DNA of 64,000 bases from Candidatus Thermoflexus japonica (GTDB lineage Bacteria > Chloroflexota > Anaerolineae > Thermoflexales > Thermoflexaceae): NCBI GenBank assembly GCA_002898735.1, contig BEHY01000005.1, positions 4,772 through 68,771 of the forward strand, given 5' to 3'. Each line of letters begins with the position of its first letter. Position 1 is the first letter of the stretch. The notes beneath the pieces are model-generated. The model worked only from the letters and a program-made list of their open reading frames with translations, had not been told where the DNA came from and searched no databases. Of the stretch, positions 30,261-41,085 are shown piece by piece. The position numbers and the translations under genes were made by a program.

Positions 30261-30965
30261 TCACGCCTGGCCCTCGCCCTCCTCCGGGCGGGCGAGATCC
30301 TGCAAAGCCTTCCGATCCCGAATCAGGATGTAACCGCCCCGCTCCGTGCGGATCCATCCCATCCGGGTCCACCGGCTCAGGATCCGGATGGCCGTCTCCA
30401 GGGTGGTGCCGGCCATCCGGGCGATATCCTCACGGGAGAGGGGGATGGTGATCCAGACGCCCTGGGGATCAGGGTGCCCGGCCCGCTCCGCCAGGGTCAG
30501 CAACACGTAGGCGATGCGGTTCTCCACTTTCTCCAGGATCAGGGCGCGGATCGACATGGCGTGTTCCAGCCGCCGGCCCAGCATCTGCAACAGGCGGACG
30601 GCGACCTGCGGATAACGCTCGAGGAGCTCCAGATAGGCAGACCGGGGGATGCGCAGGACGGTGACCGGGGTGGCAGCCTGTGCGGTAGCCGGATTGCGGC
30701 TCAGCAAGAGCGTCGCTCCTCCAAACACCTCACCCGGACCCAGGAGCTCCAGGATCACCTCCTTTCCCGGGGACGCATGTCGGAGCATGCGCACCCGTCC
30801 CTTCGCCACAATCCAGACCGCATCCGCCTCATCCCCCTGATGGAAAATGTAATGTTCCGCCGGGAAGGAGTAAAGTTCTGCCCAGTGGCCGATCTCGTGA
30901 TAGGCCTCCTCATCCAGGCCGCCGAACAGAGGGACCGATCGCAGCGTCTCCAGCAACATGCTCAT
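30261..30965 (-). CDS. Crp/Fnr family transcriptional regulator
   Basis: cNMP-binding barrel (IFHQGD, GEVFGG) and C-terminal HTH LSREDIARMAGTTLETAIRIL. Confidence 0.92.
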   Translation of the reverse strand: MSMLLETLRSVPLFGGLDEEAYHEIGHWAELYSFPAEHYIFHQGDEADAVWIVAKGRVRMLRHASPGKEVILELLGPGEVFGGATLLLSRNPATAQAATPVTVLRIPRSAYLELLERYPQVAVRLLQMLGRRLEHAMSIRALILEKVENRIAYVLLTLAERAGHPDPQGVWITIPLSREDIARMAGTTLETAIRILSRWTRMGWIRTERGGYILIRDRKALQDLARPEEGEGQA

Positions 30966-31242
30966 CACCCTGGCCCTTGCCCGGATTTTCATTCAGGGGT
31001 CATACCGTCGGTCGAGTAGAATTAAAACCACAACAGCCCACCAGGATGCCATGGAACTTACGCCGTCAGGCTCCCATCCGTGGGCGGGATGGCCCCTTCT
31101 CCCTCCCCGGGGGCGCTCTGGGCCCCGGGAGAGGAGGAAAAGAGACCCGGAAGCTCCAGGGGAAAGCCAACCGTGTAATTCCCGTGTTGATTTTCGCCGG
31201 ACTCCGGCCACAATCCAAACATCTGCAGGGAGGAGATAAAGA

Positions 31243-32280
31243 TTGTCCGCTCTGAATCCTCTGCGACCCATCGGAAGGAACCCGGAGGAGATCCGGCTGG
31301 CGCTCCCCAGCAAAGGGCGTCTGGAGGAACCCACCCTGGCTTTCCTGGCCGCATGCGGCCTCGCGGTGGAGAAAGCCAACCCCCGGCAGTATATGGCCCG
31401 CATCCCGGCGTTGCCCGGGGTCACGGTGCTCTTCCAGCGGGCCGGGGATATCCCCCTGAGCGTCCGGGACGGCGGGGTGGATTTCGGCATCACCGGCTAC
31501 GATGTGGTGATGGAACGTCTGGACCACGACCCGCGGGTCCTGATCCTGCATGAGGCCCTGAACTATGGCCATTGCGACCTTGTCCTGGCGGTCCCGGAGG
31601 TCTGGCCGATCGAGACCGTCGATGAGCTGGCCGCCATGGCCCGATCCCGCGCCCGGGAAGGGCATCCCCTTCGGATCGCCACCCGCTTCACCCATCTGGT
31701 GAGCCGTTTCCTGAGGGACCACGGGATCGTCGAATTCCAGCTGGTGGCCTCCGAGGGAACCCTGGAGGTGGCCCCGAGCATCGGCTATGCGGACCTCATC
31801 GCCGATCTGACCACGACGGGGACGACGCTGCACGACAACCGGCTGAAGCCGCTACGCGACGGCGTGATCCTCCATGCCCAGGCCTGTCTGATCGCCAACC
31901 GGGATGCGCTGAAGACCCGGCCGGAGGTCCTCACGGTGGCCCGTCAGCTGGTGGAGTTCTTCGAAGCCCACCTGCGGGCCGAAGGTCACTACATGCTCTT
32001 CGCCAACATGCGGGGGGAATCCGCGGAGGCGATCGCCCGCCGCCTCTTCACCCAGACGGATCTGGGCGGCCTGCAGGGGCCCACCATCTCCCGCGTCTAC
32101 GTCCGTGACGAGGACCCCGGCTGGTTTGCCATCCATATCATCGTGCGTAAGGATCGCCTGAACGAGGCCATCCAGCAACTGCGGACCATCGGGGGCAGCG
32201 GGGTGGTGGTGGCCCCGGTCACCTACATCTTCGAAGAAGAGCCCCCTCGCTGGCGGCGGGTGCTGGAGCAGCTATCGTAG
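31243..32280 (+). CDS. hisG: ATP phosphoribosyltransferase, long form
   Basis: ALPSKGRL, DFGITGYD, GTLEVAP and DLTTTGTTL; C-terminal regulatory domain; TTG start with GGAGG RBS. Confidence 0.95.
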   Translation: MSALNPLRPIGRNPEEIRLALPSKGRLEEPTLAFLAACGLAVEKANPRQYMARIPALPGVTVLFQRAGDIPLSVRDGGVDFGITGYDVVMERLDHDPRVLILHEALNYGHCDLVLAVPEVWPIETVDELAAMARSRAREGHPLRIATRFTHLVSRFLRDHGIVEFQLVASEGTLEVAPSIGYADLIADLTTTGTTLHDNRLKPLRDGVILHAQACLIANRDALKTRPEVLTVARQLVEFFEAHLRAEGHYMLFANMRGESAEAIARRLFTQTDLGGLQGPTISRVYVRDEDPGWFAIHIIVRKDRLNEAIQQLRTIGGSGVVVAPVTYIFEEEPPRWRRVLEQLS

Positions 32281-32384
32281 AGGCCCCTAACGCTCCGGGG
32301 GAGAGCATCCGCCGTCAGGCTCCCGTTTTGGGGGAAGAGGCGATTGCGCAATTTCTATGGGAACTCGCGCAAGGAGGTGCTTCG

Positions 32385-33488
32385 GTGATCGAACGCTGGC
32401 TGCGCGCTGACCTTCGGGATCTGTTGACCTACAGCATGTCGGTCTCGCCGGAGGACCTGGCGGCCGCTTACGGGGTAGCGCCGGACCGATTGATCCGGCT
32501 TCACGCCAACGAGAACGTCTATGGCCCCTCTCCGCGGGTGTATGCGGCCCTGGCCCGGGGGGCCTGGCATCAGTATCCGGACCCGCAGGGGAGGGCCCTG
32601 CGCCGGGCGCTGGCGGAATATACCGGGCTCAGCCCGGAGTGGATCGCGCTGGGGAACGGCGCGGATGACGTCATCGACCTGCTGGCTCGCCTCCTGGTCG
32701 GGCCCGGGCGCACCGCCCTGATCGTGGAGCCCACTTTCGAAATGTATGCCCTCTCCGTCCGCTGGCACGGTGGAAAGGTTCTCACGCTCCATCGGGATGA
32801 GGCCTTCCGGATCTCCCTCGCGGAGCTTCTCGAAGCCGTCCGTCGCCATCGCCCCGCCGCGGTCTTTCTCGCCTCCCCCAACAACCCGGACGGCGCTCTG
32901 CTTCCCGACGAGATCCTGGACGCTCTGCTCGCCGAGGATGTGATGGTGATCGTGGACGAGGCCTACTTCGAGTTCTCTGGCCACACCTTCGCCGGACGGC
33001 TTCCTCAGCACCCCAATCTGGTCATTGTGCGGACCTTCAGCAAGTGGGCGGGGCTGGCGGCCCTCCGTCTGGGCTACGCACTGATGCATCCCGAACTGGT
33101 CCGGGCATATGATGAGGTTCGGCCGCCGTTCCATGTGAACCTGGCCGCCCAGCAGGCCGCCCTGGCGTCGCTGGAGGATCGGGCCTATCTCCTGGCGAAC
33201 GTCGCGCGGCTGGTGGCGGAACGGGAACGGCTTTACCAGGCGCTGCAGGCGTTCCCTTTCCTCCGTCCTTTCCCCAGCCGGACCAACTTCATCCTGTGTC
33301 GGGTGATCGGACGGGATGCCCATCGCCTCTGGGAGGAGCTCCTGCGCCGGGGCATCCTGATCCGCCGTTACACATCGCCGGAGCTGCGGGATTACCTCCG
33401 CATCTCCGTCGGGCGGCCGGAGCACACCGAGGCGCTGCTTCGTGCTTTAACCGAAATCGTCGAGGAGATCCCCCATGGCCACGCGTGA
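32385..33488 (+). CDS. hisC: Histidinol-phosphate aminotransferase
   Basis: LHANEN, SPNNPDG, DEAYFEF and [16 protein letters not shown]; GTG start with AAGGAGG RBS. Confidence 0.93.
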   Translation: MIERWLRADLRDLLTYSMSVSPEDLAAAYGVAPDRLIRLHANENVYGPSPRVYAALARGAWHQYPDPQGRALRRALAEYTGLSPEWIALGNGADDVIDLLARLLVGPGRTALIVEPTFEMYALSVRWHGGKVLTLHRDEAFRISLAELLEAVRRHRPAAVFLASPNNPDGALLPDEILDALLAEDVMVIVDEAYFEFSGHTFAGRLPQHPNLVIVRTFSKWAGLAALRLGYALMHPELVRAYDEVRPPFHVNLAAQQAALASLEDRAYLLANVARLVAERERLYQALQAFPFLRPFPSRTNFILCRVIGRDAHRLWEELLRRGILIRRYTSPELRDYLRISVGRPEHTEALLRALTEIVEEIPHGHA

Positions 33489-34071
33489 AGCTCGACGTCA
33501 GCGGCGCACCGCGGAAACGGAGGTCGCGATCTTCCTGCGGCTAGACGGACATGGGGAGGCCCGGGTGGAGACAGGCATCGGCTTCCTGGACCATCTGCTG
33601 CACCATCTGGCCGTCCACGGGTTGCTGGATCTGGAGGTCCAGGCTCGGGGGGACCTGCATATCGACCCGCATCATACGGTGGAGGATGTCGCCATCGTGC
33701 TGGGGCAGGCCCTGGACGAGGCGCTGGGGGATCGAAAGGGGATCACACGGATGGGACATGCATGGGTCCCCATGGATGAAGCGCTGGCCTTCGTGGCAGT
33801 GGATCTCTCCGGGCGGCCCTATGCGGTGCTGGACCTGGCTTTCAGCAGCCCAGCCATCGGCGCCATGCCCACCTCTCTGATCCCCCATTTCCTGGAAACC
33901 CTGGCGGTCCACGCCCGGATGAACCTGCACGCCCGGTTGCTGTATGGGCGGGACGATCACCACCGGGCGGAGGCGCTTTTCAAGGCCCTGGGTCGAGCCC
34001 TGGACATGGCGGTGCGCCTGGACCCCCGCCGGCGTGACATCCCCTCCACGAAGGGGACGCTGGGGCCGTAA
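33475..34071 (+). CDS. hisB: Imidazoleglycerol-phosphate dehydratase
   Basis: [31 protein letters not shown] and PSTKG. Confidence 0.97.
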   Translation: MATREARRQRRTAETEVAIFLRLDGHGEARVETGIGFLDHLLHHLAVHGLLDLEVQARGDLHIDPHHTVEDVAIVLGQALDEALGDRKGITRMGHAWVPMDEALAFVAVDLSGRPYAVLDLAFSSPAIGAMPTSLIPHFLETLAVHARMNLHARLLYGRDDHHRAEALFKALGRALDMAVRLDPRRRDIPSTKGTLGP

Positions 34072-34261
34072 AATCATGGCGGGGCCGGTCGGCTTCGCCG
34101 CCTGCCTGGCCTCCCCATCTGCCCGGAGGTTGGGCGCTGCCGAAGCGACCTCCAGCCCCGAAGGATTCCGCGCCTCCCCCCCAGGCCATGGGGAGGGGGC
34201 AAGCGGAACTCAACCCTGCAGGTTTCGAATCCGGAGGGCTGCATTGCGAGCAGCGTTCTGG

Positions 34262-35503
34262 TTGGAGAACATCCGTCAGGCCCTGGACACCCTGGCCTCG
34301 AACCGGCTGCGAGCGGCCCTGACATTGCTGGGCATCCTGATCGGGGTGGCCGCTGTCATCGCCATGGTGGCCATCGGCCGGGGCGTGCAGCATTACATCA
34401 ACGCGCAGTTCGCGGCCATCGGGACCAACCTCATTTTTGTGATCCCGCGAGCCGCCGCGGAGGGAAATTCCGCCGGGGCTGCCCTTCAGGACGTCTCATC
34501 GCTTACCATGCGGGATGTCCGGGCCATCGAACAGGCGGTGCGAGGGCGAGCGGTCGAAGTGGTTCCGGTCGTTCAGCGCTTCGGGCCGGTTGAAAGCGAG
34601 GGCCGCGAGGCGGTGACGGTCATCCTGGGCACCACGCCGGGCTACGCCCCCGCCCGCAACTGGCGCCCTCTGTATGGGAGCTTCCTGGAAGAAGGACATA
34701 TCCTGAACCGATCCCGGGTGATCGTGCTGGGCCTGACCCCGGCCCGCCGCCTTTTCCCCGATACCCCGAACCCGATCGGGCGGACCGTCCGCATCAACGG
34801 CATCCCCTTCCGGGTGATCGGGGTGATGTCCGATAAGGGGGGCAGCGCCTTCGGCGATTATAACGATCTGGCTTTCATCCCCCTCACCGTGGCCCAGGAA
34901 ATGCTCTACGACGCCCGGGATCCGCGCACCGGCGAGCCGCTGGTCACCGGGATCATGCTCCAGGTGGCACGGGCGGAATACACCGACGGGGTGGTTCGGG
35001 CGATTACGGAAACCCTGCGGGAACAGCACCGGATCCGCTTTCGGGACGAGGATGATTTCGCCGTCCTGACCCAGCTCGAGCTGATCTCGATCTTCGGGCA
35101 GATCTCCAGCGTGCTGACTGTCTTTCTGGGGGCGTTAGGGGCCATTTCGCTGCTGGTGGGCGGCATCGGGATTATGAACATTATGCTGGTCTCGGTCACG
35201 GAGCGGACACGGGAGATCGGCCTGCGAAAAGCTGTGGGCGCCCGGCGCCGGGACATCATGATCCAGTTCCTCGCCGAAGCCACCCTGATCACCCTGCTGG
35301 GGGGCGCACTGGGCACGGCCGCAGGGATGGCGCTTGCCTCCCTGATCGGCATCCTCAGTCAGGGGGAGGTCCAGGCCATGATCGGGGCGGACACGGTGCT
35401 CCTGGCGGTTGGGGTGAGCACAGCGGTGGGGCTCTTCTTCGGCCTCTACCCGGCCTGGCGCGCCGCCCGATTGGATCCCATCGTTGCGTTACGATACGAA
35501 TAA
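34262..35503 (+). CDS. MacB/FtsX-like ABC transporter permease (start uncertain, TTG 34262 or ATG near 34076)
   Basis: NRLRAALTLLGILIGVAAVI, GGIGIMNIMLVSVTERTREIG and PAWRAARLDPIVALRYE. Confidence 0.88.
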   Translation: MENIRQALDTLASNRLRAALTLLGILIGVAAVIAMVAIGRGVQHYINAQFAAIGTNLIFVIPRAAAEGNSAGAALQDVSSLTMRDVRAIEQAVRGRAVEVVPVVQRFGPVESEGREAVTVILGTTPGYAPARNWRPLYGSFLEEGHILNRSRVIVLGLTPARRLFPDTPNPIGRTVRINGIPFRVIGVMSDKGGSAFGDYNDLAFIPLTVAQEMLYDARDPRTGEPLVTGIMLQVARAEYTDGVVRAITETLREQHRIRFRDEDDFAVLTQLELISIFGQISSVLTVFLGALGAISLLVGGIGIMNIMLVSVTERTREIGLRKAVGARRRDIMIQFLAEATLITLLGGALGTAAGMALASLIGILSQGEVQAMIGADTVLLAVGVSTAVGLFFGLYPAWRAARLDPIVALRYE

Positions 35504-35653
35504 AGAAAGAACGTGCGCAACAGGTCTCCCAGGTCTCCGTGCAGGGGGCTGGATGACCCCTTCTTCGGGCCCCTCTGGGCCGCGGGGAGAGGAAAGGGAG
35601 CGACCCGGTCCCCGGAAGCCCCTCATGAGGAGACCCGCTACGTCACTTGACTT

Positions 35654-36244
35654 TCATGAACGCCGGGATCTGCCGTAACGCCTCAAGAAGGCCTCCCGCG
35701 AGATCCAGAACTGAACGCGTTCCAGTTGATGGAGAGGCCGGCTCCGCAAGCTGCCGGGGTTATATGCCTGCATCAATAGCCACACATAGAAGTCATCCAT
35801 TCGATAACGGAGCCGCCGCCATCCCTTCGCTCCCCGCTCCAGCAGGATGAGATCAAACCCGAGCGCCTGGATCAGCCCCCGTGCCGGATCCACCATAGAG
35901 GTCTCCCCCCGCAGCGCCCGGGCCTGCCGGGCTTCGGGATGCTGCGCCATCCACTGGGCGACCAGCCGGAGCGAGGCCACCAGACGTCGATAAAAGCGGA
36001 GGCCCCAGGCCAGATCCGGCCCCTCCGGGGGCATCCGCGGAACCCGCTCGTTCCACAGATGCAGTTCCACAATGGGATCCCCCCGTCGGATCCATGTCCC
36101 ATCGGAGAGCTGGAGATCCCGGTCGGAGAAGCCCAGCGCCACCCGGAGCATGCACTGCGGGTCCCCGGTGAACTCCTGAACCCGATGAACGCTCCGAAGC
36201 ATGGGATCCAGCAGATGGACAAACGCCTGGATGATGGGCTGCAT
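35654..36244 (-). CDS. YkoP-like hypothetical protein
   Basis: DGTWIRRGDPIVELHLWNE resembles YkoP-family proteins (from memory). Confidence 0.55.
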   Translation of the reverse strand: MQPIIQAFVHLLDPMLRSVHRVQEFTGDPQCMLRVALGFSDRDLQLSDGTWIRRGDPIVELHLWNERVPRMPPEGPDLAWGLRFYRRLVASLRLVAQWMAQHPEARQARALRGETSMVDPARGLIQALGFDLILLERGAKGWRRLRYRMDDFYVWLLMQAYNPGSLRSRPLHQLERVQFWISREAFLRRYGRSRRS

Positions 36245-36246
36245 GT

Positions 36247-36600
36247 TCAGCGCCCCCTCGCGATCAGGGCAACGCCCAGCACCACCAGCCCGGTTCCGAT
36301 CCACTTCCAGATCCCAATCGGCTCATGGAAAATCAGCCAGGCCGTGAAGACCTGGATGCTGGCAAACCCCAGGCCCATCGTGAGGCTCACCGCGATATGA
36401 ACAGGGAGCCATCGGAGCAAAGCGGTATAAGTCAGCACGCTGAGGAACCCGGAGAGGTTGCCCAGGATCTGCCATGCCAGGAAGGTCAGGGCGGTTGTGC
36501 TCTCCGCGGACCGTTTAAACCCGAAGTTCGCGATCACCACCAGGCCCTGATAGAGCAGAACCAGCAGAGGGATCCAGACCGGATGCGGCGGGCTCGACAT
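36247..36600 (-). CDS. Small 4-TM SMR/DMT-superfamily membrane protein
   Basis: Four hydrophobic helices; FHEPIGIWKWIGTGLVVLGV typical of the DMT superfamily. Confidence 0.7.
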   Translation of the reverse strand: MSSPPHPVWIPLLVLLYQGLVVIANFGFKRSAESTTALTFLAWQILGNLSGFLSVLTYTALLRWLPVHIAVSLTMGLGFASIQVFTAWLIFHEPIGIWKWIGTGLVVLGVALIARGR

Positions 36601-36725
36601 GGGCCACCTCAAGGAGTAACCGGGTTGGATCGCTCCCCAGGGCGCTTATCGCCACAACCGTCATGGAGAGGCAGACGCTTCCCCACAGGCCCGGAGGACA
36701 TACTCGGACAGTTGCGGTGGTCGCC

Positions 36726-37859
36726 TCATTCCAGGCAGGTCGACGGCGGATGGGCTGCCGGCGCATCTCCGGCCAGACCGGATAGCCGTCGTTGCCATTC
36801 CGCAAGGCGCCGCAGGGCTTCCAGCCGCTCCCGATCCCCCAGACGAGCTCGCTCCACAGCCTCGTGGAGGATGCGGATGGAACGATCATAAAGCGCCCGA
36901 TCCACCGGGAACGGGTGACGATCCTTCCCGCCGTGGGCGAAGGCGAAACGCGCCGGATCCCGGAAGGAGAGGGGTGTTCCGTAGAGCAATTCCGCCAGAA
37001 GGGCCAGCGCGCGGACGGTTTTGGCACCCACCTGGGGGAGGCCCAGAAGCTCCAAGAAAGAGGAGGGCTGAGCCTCGTAGGTTTTGACGAAGATCGAGGC
37101 CAGATGGTCCGGGTGGATGTCCTGAAGCAGGATCTCATGGTGGGGGGGAAGGCGCAATCGCTGGAGGCGCTTCAGCTCCTGGAGCAGACGCCATGGCTTC
37201 TCGCGGGAGAGTTCCGCCACCGCCTGGCGCGCGGCCTCCGCCTCCGCGGCCACCATGTTCAGGGGTCGGGTCCGTTCATCGCAGCAGACCGCAGCATGCG
37301 GCTCGCGGACGAAATCCGTCAGCGTCTCGCTGAACCAGTGATAGCGGCGCGCGTAGCGGTTGTTCAGATTCATCCCCTGCTGGATGACGGCCCATCGCCC
37401 CTCCCGATCGAAAACCATCGTATGGTGATAAATCTGATAACCATCCTGGAGCGCATGGTTATCCACCTTCGCCGCCATACGACTGGCATAGACGAGAGCA
37501 GCCGGATCCGCCTGGAGGTATCGGGAGGCCGCCTCGATCTCCTCCGGCGTTCGACGGGAGGCTTTCCCCTTCCCTCCAGCCACGAAGAGCCCCAGATCCC
37601 GCCCCACGTCTTTCAGGGCCTCCTTGAGAGCCCCGCAGACCACCGTGGTCACCCCGCTGGAATGCCAGTCGTAGCCCAGGATGCATCCGAAGGCCTGGAA
37701 CCAGTAGGGGTCGCTCAGGCGGCGGAGCACTTCCGCCGTCCCGAACTCATCCACCAGGACGGTCACGATCTCGCGGGCCAGGGCTGTCATGCGCACGAAC
37801 AACCAGCGCGGGGCCCGTCCTGTATGCAAAGGCAGATCCGCAAAACCGGTGCGGGGCAT
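36726..37859 (-). CDS. DUF763 family protein
   Basis: [32 protein letters not shown] and FAHGGKD. Confidence 0.85.
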   Translation of the reverse strand: MPRTGFADLPLHTGRAPRWLFVRMTALAREIVTVLVDEFGTAEVLRRLSDPYWFQAFGCILGYDWHSSGVTTVVCGALKEALKDVGRDLGLFVAGGKGKASRRTPEEIEAASRYLQADPAALVYASRMAAKVDNHALQDGYQIYHHTMVFDREGRWAVIQQGMNLNNRYARRYHWFSETLTDFVREPHAAVCCDERTRPLNMVAAEAEAARQAVAELSREKPWRLLQELKRLQRLRLPPHHEILLQDIHPDHLASIFVKTYEAQPSSFLELLGLPQVGAKTVRALALLAELLYGTPLSFRDPARFAFAHGGKDRHPFPVDRALYDRSIRILHEAVERARLGDRERLEALRRLAEWQRRLSGLAGDAPAAHPPSTCLE

Positions 37860-38159
37860 CCGATGGGCTCTCCGATCCAGCGGATGACGGGAAGACGTCG
37901 CGCCTGACCCGTTTCACAAATTCCTACCCCATAAGCCTTCAGGAAGAGGCCCCCCATCTCTTCCCGATGAAATTCTACCGGAACGGATCTCAGGGTGCCA
38001 GCGTCAGTGGGGGGATCCCTCACCCGAAGGATCCCGCCGCTGCGAATGGAGAACCGAAAAGCCATGCTTACAGGGGAAAGGCCATCCTGCCTCCCGAATC
38101 TGGGCCCACCGATGGATGTCCTGAGAACACGGAAAAGCCATGGCCTGCACCCCAATGGT

Positions 38160-38188
38160 TTGCGGAACCCATCCGGATTTGTTACAAT
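38160..38188 (+). promoter_or_regulatory. Sigma70 promoter for rpsO-pnp
   Basis: TTGCGG (38160-38165), 17 nt, TACAAT (38183-38188), with an extended -10 TG. Confidence 0.7.
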
Positions 38189-38245
38189 ATAAAACCTGGA
38201 AGTCCGCTGATCGAACCCCACGATCCTCGCAAGGAGGAAGATGCA

Positions 38246-38515
38246 GTGAGCCTTTCGAAGGAAGAGAAACAGCAGTTAATCGAGATGTTCCGACGCCACG
38301 AGGCCGACACGGGCTCGCCGGAGGTGCAGATCGCGATTTTAACAGAACGGATCAATCGGCTGACCGAACACCTGAAGCAGCACAAGCACGATGAGCACTC
38401 CCGGGTCGGGCTGCTCAAGCTGGTCGGCAAACGCCGGCGACAGCTGGAATACCTCGCCCGGGTGGATCCCCAGCGTTACCGCATGGTGCTGGAACGGCTG
38501 GGGCTGCGGAAGTGA
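38246..38515 (+). CDS. rpsO: 30S ribosomal protein S15
   Basis: GTG start; 89 aa; [24 protein letters not shown] and LGLRK. Confidence 0.98.
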   Translation: MSLSKEEKQQLIEMFRRHEADTGSPEVQIAILTERINRLTEHLKQHKHDEHSRVGLLKLVGKRRRQLEYLARVDPQRYRMVLERLGLRK

Positions 38516-38771
38516 GGCCGCCCCACCGACCTTCCGGGGCAGGGAGGCAGCCCCTGGCGGTCTTCATACCCGGATTCCCTTCGAGATGATCGGATGGCTT
38601 CCAGATGAGGGCCGCGGGGGCGTTCGGAAGGGCTCCACGCGGCCCCTCCAATCCGGGCGGATCCTCCCCTTCCCGGGGCCCAGAGGGCCATGGGAAGGGG
38701 CCCTATGGCTTTCCGGATAGGAACCAGAGGGCGCACGCCCTGATCCTCTGTTAGAGGGAGCGAGACGAAAC

Positions 38772-40991
38772 GTGAGGCGAGAGAAGCATGTATTCAAAAC
38801 TGTTGTAGGCGATAAAGAGATCATCATTGAAACCGGCTACTTCGCCTGGCAGGCCAATGGGGCCGTGATCGTCCGGGTCGGAGACACGATGATCCTGGCC
38901 ACGGCCACGATGGCAAAGGAGCCGCGGGAGGGCATCGATTTCTTCCCTCTGAGTGTGGATTTCGAGGAACGGCTCTATGCCGCCGGCCGGATCCCCGGCA
39001 GCTTCCAGCGCCGGGAAGGCAAGCCCTCCGAGAACGCCATCCTCACCGCCCGCCTGGTGGATCGACCTCTCCGCCCGCTGTTCCCGAAAGATCTCCGCAA
39101 CGACGTCCAGATCATCCTGACCAGCCTTTCCGCCGATCCGGAATATCACCTGGATATCCCCTCTATCATCGCGGCCTCCGCGGCCCTGACCATCTCGGAT
39201 ATCCCATGGTCCGGCCCCATCGGGGCGGTTCGGGTGGGATATATTGATGGACAGTTCGTCATCAACCCAACCGTCAGCCAGATGGAACACAGCCGGCTGG
39301 ATCTGCGCCTCGCGGGAACCGCGGATGCGGTGATCATGGTGGAGGCAGGGGCGAACGAGATCCCGGAGGACCTGATGGTGGAGGCGATCCGGCTGGGCCA
39401 TGAGGCGATGCAGCCGCTGATTGCCCTCCAGGAGGAGATGCGAGCGGCGATCGGCAAGCCCAAGGCCTCCTACCGTTCCTTCACGATCTCGGAAGAGGTT
39501 CGCCAGGCGGTCCGCGCTCGCCTCGACCATCAGATCGCCGAGATCCTGGACACGTATTTTGATAAAGACCGGCGGAACGAGGCGCTGGACGAACTGGAGG
39601 AGGAAATCCTTCAGGCTCTCTCGGAGTATGAGCAGGCCCAGGTGAAGGAAAGCTTCCACGAGGCGCTGCGGGAGGAGGTCCGCCGTCGCATCCTGGAGGA
39701 GGGCCGTCGGCCGGACGGGCGGGGGCCGAAGGATATCCGGCCGATCTGGTGCGAGGTCAATGTGGCGCCCCGCGCCCATGGCTCGGCCATCTTCACCCGT
39801 GGCGATACCCAGGTCCTCTCCGTCGCGACCCTCGCCACGCTGGCGGAGCAGCAGGAGCTGGATACCCTTGCCCCGGAGGAGACCAAGCGCTATATCCATC
39901 ACTACAACTTCCCGCCGTTCTCCACCGGCGAGGTTCGGGTGCTCCGGGGCGCCTCCCGGCGGGAGATCGGCCATGGGGCTCTGGCCGAACGGGCGCTGCT
40001 CCCGGTGATCCCGCCGGAGGAGGAATTCCCCTACACCATCCGGGTGGTGAGCGAAGTTCTCTCCTCCAACGGCTCCACCTCCATGGCCAGCGTGTGCGGC
40101 TCCACCCTGGCCCTGATGGACGCCGGCGTGCCGATCCGCAAGCCGGTATCCGGCGTGGCGATGGGCCTGGTGACGGCCGATGAGACCTGGCAGAAATACG
40201 TGATCCTTACCGATATCCAGGGGATGGAAGACCACCTGGGCGATATGGACTTCAAGGTCGCCGGCACCGCGGACGGGATCACCGCCCTGCAGATGGATGT
40301 GAAGATCCGGGGGCTGCCTTACCACGTGCTGGCCGAGGCGCTGCACCAGGCCCGTGAGGCGCGCCTCTACATCCTGGAGAAGATGCTGGAGGTCCTGCCC
40401 GCGCCGCGGCCTGAACTCAAACCGCATGCCCCGCGGATCTTCACCGTCCACATCCCGGCTGAGAAGATCGGCGCCCTCATCGGCCCTGGGGGCAAGACCA
40501 TCCGCAAGATCCAGGAGGAGACGAACACCCAGATCGACATCGAGGAGGACGGAACCGTCCATATCGCCGCCACCAGCCTGGCGGACGCGGAAAGCGCCCG
40601 TCTCAAGATCGAGGCCTACGCCGAGGAGCCCCAGGTGGGCAAGATCTATCTGGGGAAGGTCATCCGGATCACCGACTTCGGGGCCTTCGTGGAGATCCTG
40701 CCCGGCGAGGTGGGAATGGTCCACATCTCCCAGATCGCCGATCAGAAGGTGAACCGCATCGAGGACGTGGTGCGGGTGGGAGACCAGATCCTGGTGATGG
40801 TCACCCACATCGACGAGGATGGAAAGATCCGCCTCTCCCGCCAGGCCGTCCTGGAAGGGCTCTCGGTGGAGGAGGCCCAGCAGCGGGATCGCCTGCTCTC
40901 GAGCAGGGCAGCCCCCAAAGGCAAATCGGGCGAGGAGCGCCCCCTGGCCGGCCGGGTGAAGATCGTGAAGCGCGTATCCGGCAAGCATTAA
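38772..40991 (+). CDS. pnp: Polyribonucleotide nucleotidyltransferase
   Basis: [29 protein letters not shown] and DMDFKVAG; KH and S1 domains. Confidence 0.98.
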   Translation: MRREKHVFKTVVGDKEIIIETGYFAWQANGAVIVRVGDTMILATATMAKEPREGIDFFPLSVDFEERLYAAGRIPGSFQRREGKPSENAILTARLVDRPLRPLFPKDLRNDVQIILTSLSADPEYHLDIPSIIAASAALTISDIPWSGPIGAVRVGYIDGQFVINPTVSQMEHSRLDLRLAGTADAVIMVEAGANEIPEDLMVEAIRLGHEAMQPLIALQEEMRAAIGKPKASYRSFTISEEVRQAVRARLDHQIAEILDTYFDKDRRNEALDELEEEILQALSEYEQAQVKESFHEALREEVRRRILEEGRRPDGRGPKDIRPIWCEVNVAPRAHGSAIFTRGDTQVLSVATLATLAEQQELDTLAPEETKRYIHHYNFPPFSTGEVRVLRGASRREIGHGALAERALLPVIPPEEEFPYTIRVVSEVLSSNGSTSMASVCGSTLALMDAGVPIRKPVSGVAMGLVTADETWQKYVILTDIQGMEDHLGDMDFKVAGTADGITALQMDVKIRGLPYHVLAEALHQAREARLYILEKMLEVLPAPRPELKPHAPRIFTVHIPAEKIGALIGPGGKTIRKIQEETNTQIDIEEDGTVHIAATSLADAESARLKIEAYAEEPQVGKIYLGKVIRITDFGAFVEILPGEVGMVHISQIADQKVNRIEDVVRVGDQILVMVTHIDEDGKIRLSRQAVLEGLSVEEAQQRDRLLSSRAAPKGKSGEERPLAGRVKIVKRVSGKH

Positions 40992-41037
40992 CCACAGGAA
41001 TGGCGCAGGTATTCTCCTCCTGACGGCTTTCAGAGAT

Positions 41038-41070
41038 GGAGCGGCCGCCTTCGGCGGCCGCTCCGGTTTT
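41038..41070 (+). terminator. Rho-independent terminator between convergent pnp and garR
   Basis: 11-bp stem GGAGCGGCCGC / GCGGCCGCTCC, loop CTTCG, followed by GGTTTT. Confidence 0.75.
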
Positions 41071-41085
41071 GAAGGATCTTTCCCT

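Noticed and set aside
30993-31242. Possible his attenuator, T-box or cobalamin riboswitch upstream of hisG
   Set aside because: No His-rich leader peptide, T-box motif or B12 box found
34072-34262. GGTTTCGAATCC resembling a tRNA T-loop in the hisB-permease spacer
   Set aside because: No cloverleaf, acceptor stem or anticodon arm could be built
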